A DNA stretch of 17,120 nt. Origin: Fonticula alba ATCC 38817 (taxonomy: Eukaryota; Protista; Nucleariida). Of this stretch, positions 1 through 9,014 are shown piece by piece. The notes under the pieces were generated by a model. It was not told the DNA's origin and made no database searches. It saw only the letters and a program-made list of their open reading frames with translations. The DNA is taken from NCBI GenBank assembly GCA_000388065.2, contig KB932206.1; one strand, given 5' to 3'. How positions within the stretch are numbered: the stretch's first letter is position 1; each line of letters begins with the position of its first letter. The position numbers were made by a program, and so were the translations under genes.

Positions 1-143
1 GGCTTGGTGCGGCCGTGCCGCGTTGATGAGAGGGGCCTGGCCCCGGGCTCTCTTGAGCCAGGGCCGCCGGACGGCACGGGTGAGCGAGTTGGTAACGCCC
101 AACCGTGGAGGTCCCCCCCCCCCCCCCCCGCGCCACCGGGTCC

Positions 144-179
144 GGGGGCGGGGGCGGGGGCGGGGGCGGGGGGGGCGGG
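144..179 (+). repeat. (GGGGGC)4 plus G8 tandem repeat, G-quadruplex-capable
   Basis: Four G5C units at 144-167, then G8-C-G3. Confidence 0.85.
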
Positions 180-1293
180 AGTTCCCAAGCATCCGCGTCC
201 ATCGGTGGGTCTGCCGTTCTCGCCACCATGGCCACCGTGGCCGCGGTGGCGGCCGGACCACCCACCTGGCGGCATGAGGGGTCGCGGCGTCCGGCTCGCA
301 CGCGGGCGGCCGACACCCCGGCCTCAGGGGCGTCTCCCTCTGCCTTGCCTGGTTCACTTTGCGGACCTTCATGGAAATCGCCCAGCCGACAATTCGCCCC
401 GCCAAATGAGCCCCACCTCCCAGGCGGGTCTCTGGGACCACGCGTGGGGTCGCCCTCGGGCGTGCGAGCCCGTGTGCCCGGTGTGTCTGCGTGCGGGCGT
501 GCGCGCTTACGTGCGTCCTTGCACGCATGCGTGCGAAGGGCCGCTGACTGGGGCGGCTTAGGCGGAAGGGGGGGAGGCGGAGCGCGCCAAGGGAGGCGGT
601 CATTTTCGTTCCATGAAGCTGCCGGAGGAGCAGCACCGGGGGGGAGGCACAGGTATGGCCGGGCTGTGCCCCTAGGACAGCGGGGCCATATGGCCCCTGG
701 CGAGGGGGGGCACTCCCCCCCCCCCCCCCCCCCCCCGCGGCTCTGAGTGTGTTGGTGGCGGCCGGGGGCCGGGCGGGGCCGTCCTTCCTCGCCCCGCGTT
801 CGCCGTTTGCTTCCCCTCAACTTCCGACGGATTGGCCGGGCCTTTTGTCGCCGGCCACCGGGCCGCGCGACTCCCGGATCGCCCCCCTCGAGAAGAGAGC
901 CCCCTCGAGCGCGCCTCGCACAGGGGCCGTCTGCCGCCTGCGTGTGCGGTGGAGATGTGCTGAATTTCCACCGCCCGTCTCGGACTTGCCTCGGGCGCGG
1001 GCATCCCCACAAAACCCGCACGCTCGCGCCCCGGGCCTCGGCCTACCGCGCCAAGAGCATCAACAACAATAATCACCGATCCGTAGCGCCGTGGCGACCC
1101 GGGCTCGCGCACGCCCCCCCCCCCCCCCTCCCCCCCGCATACGCACTGGCAACAGCAATAATGCAGGATGCCCGGCTGCCCAAACTAATAGGTCCGAATG
1201 TTTCAGTCGTGCCCCGCACTTTGCAGGGATTTCCAATGCCGCGTCCTCCTCGAGACAATCGGACGCGGTGAGGACCTGCTCGTGTATCCGAGG

Positions 1294-1379
1294 GCATGTG
1301 TATGTGTGCATGTGTATGTGTGCGTACATGTGTGTGTGTGTGTGCGCGCACATCTGTGCGTGTGTACATGTGTGTATGC
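1294..1379. repeat. Imperfect (TG)/(CA)-type purine-pyrimidine alternating tract
   Basis: About 85 nt of near-continuous RY alternation (GCATGTGTATGTGTGC...TGTGTATGC). Confidence 0.85.
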
Positions 1380-1733
1380 TTGTGCCGCGATGCCCGAGTA
1401 CGTGACACCCCACACTCCCCTTCCTCCACCCGGGCGGGGGCAAAAAGATGGCCCCCCCCCTCCTCGGCCTCAAGTGGTGTGCCAGTTTGGGCGGGGCCAG
1501 CCGGGGGCTGGGGCCCGCGTTTGGCACCTGGCTCCCTTGTGTCCGGTTCCCCATGCTTCGGGGCTTTTTGGGCCAGGGATCTGTATTTTCTTCCTTCTTG
1601 AGGACCAAACCCCCCTCCCATCCCCCTCCCATCTCCCCCCCCCCCATCACCATCCGTTCCCTCCCTCTCTTCTCACACCCGGCCGGCAGTCGCTGCCCAT
1701 TTCTTCCGTTTCTCCCGCTGGTCTTTCCTCGTT

Positions 1734-4243
1734 ATGGTACCGCCCCCCCCCGTCCCCCGCCCCCTTGTATCCGCCGACACTCCCCGTACTCCCCCTGACC
1801 TTGCCCTCTATTTGGTTTCTCCTCCCGCTCTGTTCTGTGCCCCACCCTCGTGTCAGCCATCCATCGAGGGTTACCTTGCCCCTGTCGGTGGCGGCCTCCG
1901 GTCTTGGGGATGCATCATCCCCCATCGCAGCCGCTTCGAGCTTTTCCGTAGCGGAACCTCAGCCACCCCCATCTCGGTACATATCCTCACCAGCTCCCTC
2001 CCTCCGCCTCTCCCCCTCCCATCCCCCGCATTCCCCCCCATTGTCGTGGTCACTGTCGTACATGTGGCGACCACTGTCGCTGACCTCCCCCCCTCGCCAC
2101 ATAGGCCTTCGATCTGGACCTTGTGCTGGGAGTTCACCTCCTCCCCCAGTCGCTTCTCCGTGTGGAGAGCTACCTCGGCGAGAGCCTCACCTACCGGGCG
2201 GACACGCCGCGCCTGTCGCGGAATTGGGTGGTCCGCTTCCGCATGGCCCTCCAGCAAAATGAGGACAACGACTCGGACGACAGCGATCCCGACTACAATG
2301 ACTATGCCTCATACGACATGAACACCACGCTCAATGAGCGCCTCGAGCGCATGGTCGTCATCAACAAGGAGGCTCGTCAGGCCATTGTCCACGCCCTGTG
2401 CCATGGGAAGGACCTTCGGGAGAGCACCTCTTCCGAGACATACATTTCCAATCTGCGCAGCCTGCTCTTCCTGAATGGCGAGACCCCCGAGGCGGAGACC
2501 GGCACCGGGCCCGAAGCCGAGGTCGATGCCGCTCTCGGGAGCAAGCCGGCTTCTCGTCGCCAGGTGAACTCGGTGATGCTGTCGTCCGGGGCGGCGGCGG
2601 CCATCGGTGCCGCCGCCCGTGCGGCCGAGGCCGCCGCCGCCGCGGCCGCCGCCCCGGCGGTCGCCTCCCCTGCGATCCCCCCCAGCGAGCGCTGCCTCTT
2701 CATGTATGGCGTCACCGAGGACGATGAGTCCGGCTCGGATAGCGACTCCAGCGGCCAGCTTCCCGGCCATGGGAGTTCTTCATCCTCCGACGATGACAGC
2801 GACGATGAGCACACCTCCCACACCCACGGGCAGCTCAACGACGAGACCCATCACTCGGACTCGGACTCCGAGCCGTCGCAGCGCGACTCCAGCCGGCGGA
2901 TGTCAACCGGGTCCTATGTCAGCATCGATGAGCGCGACTCCACCAGCATGAAGACCTTCATCGCCCAGGTGACCGAGGCGGTACGCGTCCTCCCCTTCGG
3001 CCAGCCTCTTCCTTCCTTCCTTCCTTTTTTATTGGTCTTTTCCCGCCTCCCAGCATTCATGTTACTTATGTCTCTCTCTCTCTCTCTCTCTCTCTCGCGC
3101 CCCTCTCTCTATATCCCCATTCGCATGTGGGTCCCATGTTCGCGCGCCTGACAGGTCAATGATGTGCTTGCGCCGGCTGACCTGGAGGACGCTCGTTCCA
3201 CCCTTGACCATATGTGCCAGCTGGTCTGGGCTCTGGACTACCTGTGGTCCGTGACCGATCATCACCGGAGCATCTTCCCCAACCTCCGGGCTCTGGCCAG
3301 TCTGGCCAACCGCCGGTGCATGGCCGCCGCGCGGGACTATGCGCACCTGCGCTTCCGTCCGGAGTGGGCTGGCGCGCCGACCGGCCTGGCCGCCGCGACC
3401 GCCACGCCCCCGGCTCCGGAGGATGCGCTCGGCCGGTTTGTCCCCTCGCCGGATCTGTGGGCCGAATGGAGCGGCTCCAATCCCACCATCGAGGATCTCC
3501 CGATTCTGGTGCGCCCTTTGTGCCTGCGCCTCTTTTTTGATTGTCCCTCCTTCTCCCAGCCCATGCGCCCTTCCTCCTCCCCCCCCCCCCCCCCCCCCCC
3601 CCCCNNNNNNNNNNNNNNNCCCCCCCCCCCCCCCCCCCCCGTTTCGCCTGCCTGACACGCGTGGGCGCCTGCTTCTCTCCCTCCCTCTCTCTTGTGACTC
3701 AGGGGGACTTCCTGGGCGCCGTGTCGGTCAATGCCTCGGCTTCGCCGGATGCCGGCAACTTCGGGTCGGACTTCCGCCTGTTGATCTTCTCCAACAGCGT
3801 CTGCTGGGGCTGCGTGGCTCCGGACCAGTCGGCCACCCTGCTCATGCGGGCTCTGCCCATCAACCGCATCACCCTGTGGATTGATGCCAGTACGTGTTGC
3901 TCCTCCTTTGATGCCCGGTCCATCTCCTCGTCCGCGGTCTTTCCCATCCTCCCGTTGGCGCTTCTCACACCTCCTGTCCGACCCCCCCCCCCCCACCCCG
4001 AATGATGGCAACATCCACCGTGCAGGCACCGTGCTCGGCATCAAGGTCGTCTCGGCCGACTATGCTTCCATCTCCTCGTCACGCGTGCCGGCCCCGACCC
4101 TCGTCCCTCTGGTGAATCCTCTGTGCGATTCGGAAATCAACATCGATGACCCGGCTTGCCCGGCCTTCAACCGCAAGCTCTTCGTCGACATCTTCGACTG
4201 CGCCGCTCAGTATTATCTCGAGTCCTTGCCCTCGACCAAGTGA
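1734..4243 (+). CDS. PH-domain protein, 585 aa; probable PH + degenerate DH (RhoGEF-like) + PH architecture
   Basis: Manual model join(1734..1736,1857..1976,2105..2980,3155..3508,3703..3889,4026..4243) = 1758 nt. All five introns are GT-AG, 120-194 nt, with matching phases and no internal stop; TGA at 4241-4243. The N-terminus MPSIEGYLAPVGGGLRSW...RFELF...FDLDLV..V...LRVES..GESLTYRADTPRLSRNWVVRFRMAL has a PH-like pattern. The start codon and the DH assignment are less certain than the exon chain. Confidence 0.75.
1857..2257 (+). other. N-terminal PH-like domain of gene 1 (spans intron 1977-2104)
   Basis: EGYL strand 1, RFELF strand, LDLVLGV, LTYRAD, and a C-terminal helix with the conserved Trp (RNWVVRFRMAL). 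Recognised by pattern only, no HMM run. Confidence 0.65.
3071..3096 (+). repeat. (TC)13 microsatellite in a gene 1 intron
   Basis: Read directly from the sequence. Confidence 0.9.
3605..3619. other. Assembly gap (15 N) within a poly-C tract
   Basis: N run flanked on both sides by long C homopolymers in gene 1 intron 3509-3702. Confidence 1.
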
Positions 4244-4343
4244 GCCGGCGCGAGTGCTTGTGTAAAAGCGCCCCCTCCTCCCGGTTCATGGGACACATAC
4301 CCCCCCCTCTCCGTTCTTTTTTTGTCCCCCCCTCCCCCCCCCG

Positions 4344-4349
4344 AATAAA
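4344..4349 (+). promoter_or_regulatory. Putative AATAAA polyadenylation signal of gene 1
   Basis: AATAAA lies about 100 nt after the TGA at 4243, and the hexamer is rare in this GC-rich context. Confidence 0.4.
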
Positions 4350-5109
4350 AGTTTCGTCTTCGCCGGGGGCGCCCCCCGCTGCCGAGTGGTACCACACGGG
4401 ATGTGGACCGCGTCACGAGCCGAGTCACGGGATGTCGCAAATATATCCGGGCAGTTTTCGGCGCCCCCGGCTGCCCGGGACAAAATTCAGCCGGTGGCGG
4501 CGCGCACGGAGGGCCAGTCGGTGTGGGGATGATGTATAGGGGGCCTGTTGTTGCATCTGCGTGCGCCGGGCCAATACGGGGCGAAGGCGGTCCGCTGATC
4601 GTGGAATCTTGAATCTGATCGACCTTTTTTGCCGGGTCGCGGCGGGGCGGGGGGGGGGGGGGTGCCCCGCTCGCCCCCCTCCTCCCCGGGGGGAGCGAGG
4701 GGCAAAAATAATGGTCTGTCGGATTATTGCACGGTTGAATTCGCGCGATCAGTCTCCTCCCTGCGTGTGTCCCTCTCTCCCCGGAAGGGGGAATCTCCGG
4801 GAGAGAGCACGGGGCATCGACGTGAAATAAGCGTGAAAGGACAGCTGCCCCTTCTCGCGAACATTGTCAGTCATGCCGTCTCTCTCTCCCTCTAGCCGTG
4901 TCGGGCCAAGGAGCGGAGACCGCGCCCGGTGGGATCGCGCTTGCCCTTCGTCCACAACAACTCCCCGGGAGCGTGGCGATCCCTGGGATCGGGGCTCCGC
5001 ATGTGTGTGTGTCTTTCTCCCCCCCCCCCCCCCCCCCGGCGCCGTGGGTGTCGTGGAGCACCGCTTGTGGGGTGCCCAAACAGTGGGACCAGGAGGGAAA
5101 AGGTCGATA

Positions 5110-5644
5110 TCATTCTTGTGCAGACGGGGTGTCCGCATAGCAAGAAGAAAGGAATCGGAGCGCATTCGGCGGAGCACCCCCACCCCCGGGGCCGCCTCCC
5201 TCCCCGACCCGAGAGCACCGAGCGAGCGCCCCCTCTTGTTGGGCTGCGCGGGGGCTCCGTCGCCGAATGTGTGTCACCATGTCGGCGAGTCGGATCTCCC
5301 CGAGAAGCTCGAGAAGATCGGGGCGTGTGTGTGTGTGTGTGTCTGTATAGGGGGGGGGGGTAGGTGCAAATGATGGCAGCAGGCTACAAACCCGAGAAAA
5401 GGACACTGTCTGTCTGTTGGGGGGTGCCCCCGGCAGGTGACTGGCTTCCAGCCGAGGGGCAGAGGAGGCCGGGGAGCTTGGAGGTGTTCCCCATCGATGT
5501 GCAGGAGTTGACTGTAGCCGCAGGCCCCAACCCCGGGAGGCAGGGAAGGTCAGGGGAATAGGGCGGGGGTGGGGTGAGGGGGGAGGGGGAACGAGGCCAA
5601 GAAGGGGTGGCGCATCCGATGTGTGGGATCTCGAGTCATACCAT
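5110..5644 (-). CDS. Candidate small spliced gene or spliced non-coding transcript, divergent from the MFS gene (134 aa if coding)
   Basis: Minus strand: ATG (5644-5642), then a 130-nt intron 5641-5512 with GTATGA donor, C-rich body, CTGAC at 5553-5549 and CTACAG acceptor. Phase-0 splicing joins into the stop-free frame of track ORF 5110..5406. No recognisable homology; the frame crosses poly-C and (CA)n tracts. Confidence 0.3.
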
Positions 5645-5805
5645 CAATCCCCCCCTCCCCATCTGTGTGTGTTCATCGCCATCGCCTGTGCCATCATCTT
5701 CATTTGCCTCTCTCCCTCTCTCTCCCTCTCTCGCCCTGTCTCCCCCCCCCCCCCCCCCCCTCCCATCCTCCCTCCGCGTCGGTGCCGCTTCCTGTCCTCC
5801 TGGCC

Positions 5806-8800
5806 ATGGGTTCCGTTCGGTTTGAGGGGGACTTCCCAAGCGAGGCATCCCTCCTTGGGTCATCGGGCGCCGGCGGCGAGGCGACATACGAAACCTCCCC
5901 CTTCAATGGATCGCATTCGCGCCGGACCTCAACCTACTCGCAGATCTCGGTCGACGCCCCGGGCTTGGCCACCGCCTTTCCGCGGGATTCCGGCCACGGT
6001 CCCCGGCTCGAGCCGACACACCTCCTGATCCCGGATGTCTCGCTCTTTGGCTTCCACGACGCAGGGGCCGCTGCCTCGCCAACCACCCCCCCCCTGGACA
6101 AGGAGGATCTGTTGGAGTCCCTGCGCATGGCGGCCCCCTTTTCCCCGGCCTCCGGCACCGGCAAGGCCGGGCCCTCGCATGGGGCGGTCTTTGAAGCCGC
6201 CGGGCCGTGGGATCGTCTCTGGCAGCCGGTGGCCGCCTCGCTCGGGCACAAGTCCATGCTATATGTCCTCACCTATGGTGGCATGGGGGCTGCCCTGGCT
6301 GCCCCGGGCCCGGCGCTTGTGGCATTGGCCGAGCGTGCCGGCGCATCGCTCTCCACCGTCAGGTTCGACCAGTCCCCCGGGGCCTGCCTGATGCCCTCGA
6401 ATGTCATGGGCCTCCCAGCGATTGCCACCATTCAAACTGACCCTTCCTCGGGCTTTTTTTTTCTTTGCTTCTCCCTTCCCCCTCCCGGCCGCCCCTCTGC
6501 TCCCTTCTGCCGGGTGGGTAGTTACCTGTTTCCGGCGCGAGCGGCGGCCTATCTCCTTGGAGCAGCCGGCGGGGGGCCATTCATGGACATGCTCTCGGAG
6601 CGCCGCGGGCATCTGCCCCTTGCCCTGTCCATCTTCACGGCGGCCTTCGGCACCGGGGCTCTGGCCTTCAGTTTCAGCGCCGCCACCCTGGCCATGTCGG
6701 CTTCCCTGCAGGGTGTGGCCATCGGAGCGGCAGACACCTGTGCCCATGTGCTCGTGGTGCGCGATGTGCCGGAGCACTCGGTTCAGTGGACCCACGCCAT
6801 GCATGTGGCCTATGCGGCCGGGGCCCTGGTGGCGCCGCTGGCGGTCGAGGCCATGCTGACCCGGCACTATGCCGTAGGCACGGCCTTCCTCCTGCTGGCC
6901 CTCCTGTTGCTGCCCTTGGGCGTGGCCTCGGTCATCATGCGCGCGCCACGCATCCGACAAAAGCCCTCCCCCCCGCCGGAGGCCTCGGAGCTCGTGGCCT
7001 TCACACCGATGCACCCGGGCCTGGTGTCCGCGAGGGATGTCAAGCGGGAAGAGGCCGAGGGGGCGGCGCAAGAGGAGGAGGAGGAGGAGGAGGACGAGGC
7101 GGCCGTGGTGGACAGCAGCCGCGCCGAATTGCTTGCCCACCGCCCGGGGCAGGCGCCCAGCTGGGGCGTCACCAGCAGCCCGGCCACTGGGCAGCCTTTG
7201 GCCGAGGGGACGGCCCGACCCCGGTCACGACGAAACTCCCTGGTCCTCGTGGCTGGTTTGGCCTCGGGTTCGATTTGCCGGCGTAAGGACCACCCCGGGC
7301 ATGGCCCCATGGCCAGCCCCTGCTGCCCGGACCACTCCGGCATGGGGATGGGCTCCGCCTCGCCGGCGGCCCTGGCTTGGGCTGGGCAGGTGACCCCGCC
7401 GCCGCCGATGATGCCGGAGGAGTTGGCCTCAGGGCGTCGAAGCGCCCGGGGAACCGGCCCTGCGTCCTTCTTGCCCTCGATCAAGACCGATGGCCTGGGG
7501 GACATCGAGCTGGCGGTCATTGGCCAGGGGGAGGAGTCGCCGGCCGGTTTGGCCACCTGGCGGTCTCCCCGGCCGCGGCCGGACAGCCCCTGCCAGGCCA
7601 TGGGCCCATGCATCAACCGTGACATGGGGCCAATCTTGCCGCTTGAGGGTCCGGCTCCCTTCGATCGGGGGAATGTCCCGCACTTGTTCATGCTCGGCGC
7701 CTCGTGCATGATGGCCGGCTTGTCGGTTGGGGCGGAGCTGGCCGCCGGAGGGTTCCTCTTTGCCTGGGCGGCCCTCGGCCCGGCATTGATGCATGAATCC
7801 GATGCTCGGGCCCTTCTGTCGGCCTTCTGGGCATCGGTCACGGTGCGTGTTTGCCTTGGGTCTCTCCCTGGCGCCGGTCTTTGCCCTTCTGCCAGTCCTC
7901 CCCCCCCCCCCTTTCTCTCCAAGTGGCCCTCATGTTGTACTGATGATCCGTTGCTTGCCTGCCGGCGCTTGCATTTGCCTTGCCTCCCGTCCCGGGGTTA
8001 GGTGGGCCGCGTTGTCTCGGTCCTGGCCACACGCTGGCTCTCGCCGACCGTCCTGCTGGCGATCAACTTTGGAGGGGCCATGCTGGCGCAGGCTCCAGTT
8101 CTCTTCTTCCCCTCGAGCCATCTGGCCGTGCGTTAGTTCCTCCCTGGCCCCTCCCACCACGAGAGGAAGGCAAACCGGCCGCCGAGAAGGCGGCGCAGGG
8201 GCAAACAATTGCTTGTGGTTCTGACAATTGACACATACCGGCCCCTCTGCCTGCACCCCTCCCCCCCCCCCCAGTGCTGGATTAGCACCATCGCATACGG
8301 GTTCTGTCTCTCAAGCTCCTTCCCCAACACACTGGCCATTGTCCAGATCAACATTGAGCTAACCGGAAGAGTGCGCTTTCCCTGCCCCCCCCCCCTCCCC
8401 GCCCCCGATTGGCCCTCTTTTTCTCTTCCTTGGGGAAGACCCGAGGGACGTGGCCCTTTTTCTGACCCCTGTCCGGCCCGGCCCAATTCGCACATCGCCA
8501 CACTTGCCAAACCCTGTCTTGATGCTCAAAGCTGGCAAGTGCCCTCGTGGTGAGCGCGGCTTCCGGCGAGCTGATCGCCCCACTCATCCTTGCTGCTACC
8601 TTCACCACGGGAGGTGGGAGCAGTAGTGGCGGCGACACTTCGTCATCCCTGGCAAATCCGTCATCAGCAGCCTCGGGGATCATCGAGCCGATCTCTCGCC
8701 TCGGTGCCCTGTCGTATGTCCTGCTTGCGGCCTTTTTCGCCCTGGGTGGCGTGCTCTCGCTTGTGGTGTTCAGAATCTTCGCCCGGAGGGAGAAGATCGC

Positions 8801-8894
8801 CCGCAGCAAGAGCCACATGCGGCACGCGCACCAGTTGCCGGCTCCATCGCAATCGTACCTCGTAGACACAGCACAGGCCACCGGCCATGTGTGA
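5806..8894 (+). CDS. Major facilitator superfamily transporter, MFSD4/NaGLT1/FucP-like, 12 TM, 820 aa
   Basis: join(5806..6362,6522..7842,8002..8127,8275..8370,8532..8894) = 2463 nt, phases consistent. Twelve hydrophobic segments in 6+6 arrangement. Family-like motifs: GPALVALA..AGASLSTVSYLFPARAAAYLLG, IGAADT, MHVAYAAGALVAP, VGAELAAGGF, FWASVTVGRV, SSFPN, SGELIAPL. The substrate is not determinable from sequence. Confidence 0.9.
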
Positions 8895-9014
8895 CCCGCC
8901 GGCCCGCCCCGGCGAGCCGCATATGGCTCTGACCCAAAAATACATCCGCTCCCTTGGCTTGTTTGCTCCACCGCCCCGTCGAGCTGACCAGATCGAGACA
9001 GCGAAAGAGGAAGA

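Noticed and set aside
1198-2262. 354-aa plus-strand ORF and other Pro/Gly-rich ORFs in 1-1700
   Set aside because: They are dominated by translated poly-C, poly-G and (TG)n tracts and cross the gene 1 exons in the wrong frame. No consistent exon chain could be built for 1-1080 on either strand.
4381-4435. Short direct repeats (CACGGGATGT twice, GCCGAGT twice)
   Set aside because: Only two copies of 7-10 nt with irregular spacing. Not a CRISPR array, a TSD or a recognisable element.
4773-4807. Hairpin CTCTCTCCCCGGA / TCCGGGAGAGAG with a 10-nt loop
   Set aside because: The arms are built from low-complexity CT/GA sequence that is abundant here. There is no U-tract or RNA-family context, and intrinsic terminators are not expected in a eukaryote.
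6259-7922. Minus-strand ORFs of 293 and 351 aa over the MFS gene
   Set aside because: Antisense shadows of GC-rich coding sequence, with no domain signal.
5623-8001. 792-aa track ORF taken as the complete transporter
   Set aside because: It starts in the pyrimidine-rich leader, reads through intron 6363-6521 and into intron 7843-8001, and misses TM8-12. The spliced model from ATG 5806 fits the family motifs better.
8529-8531. AAG acceptor for the last MFS exon as a non-canonical splice site
   Set aside because: It still obeys GT-AG, and AAG is a known minor acceptor. It is the only nearby site that preserves phase and TM11.
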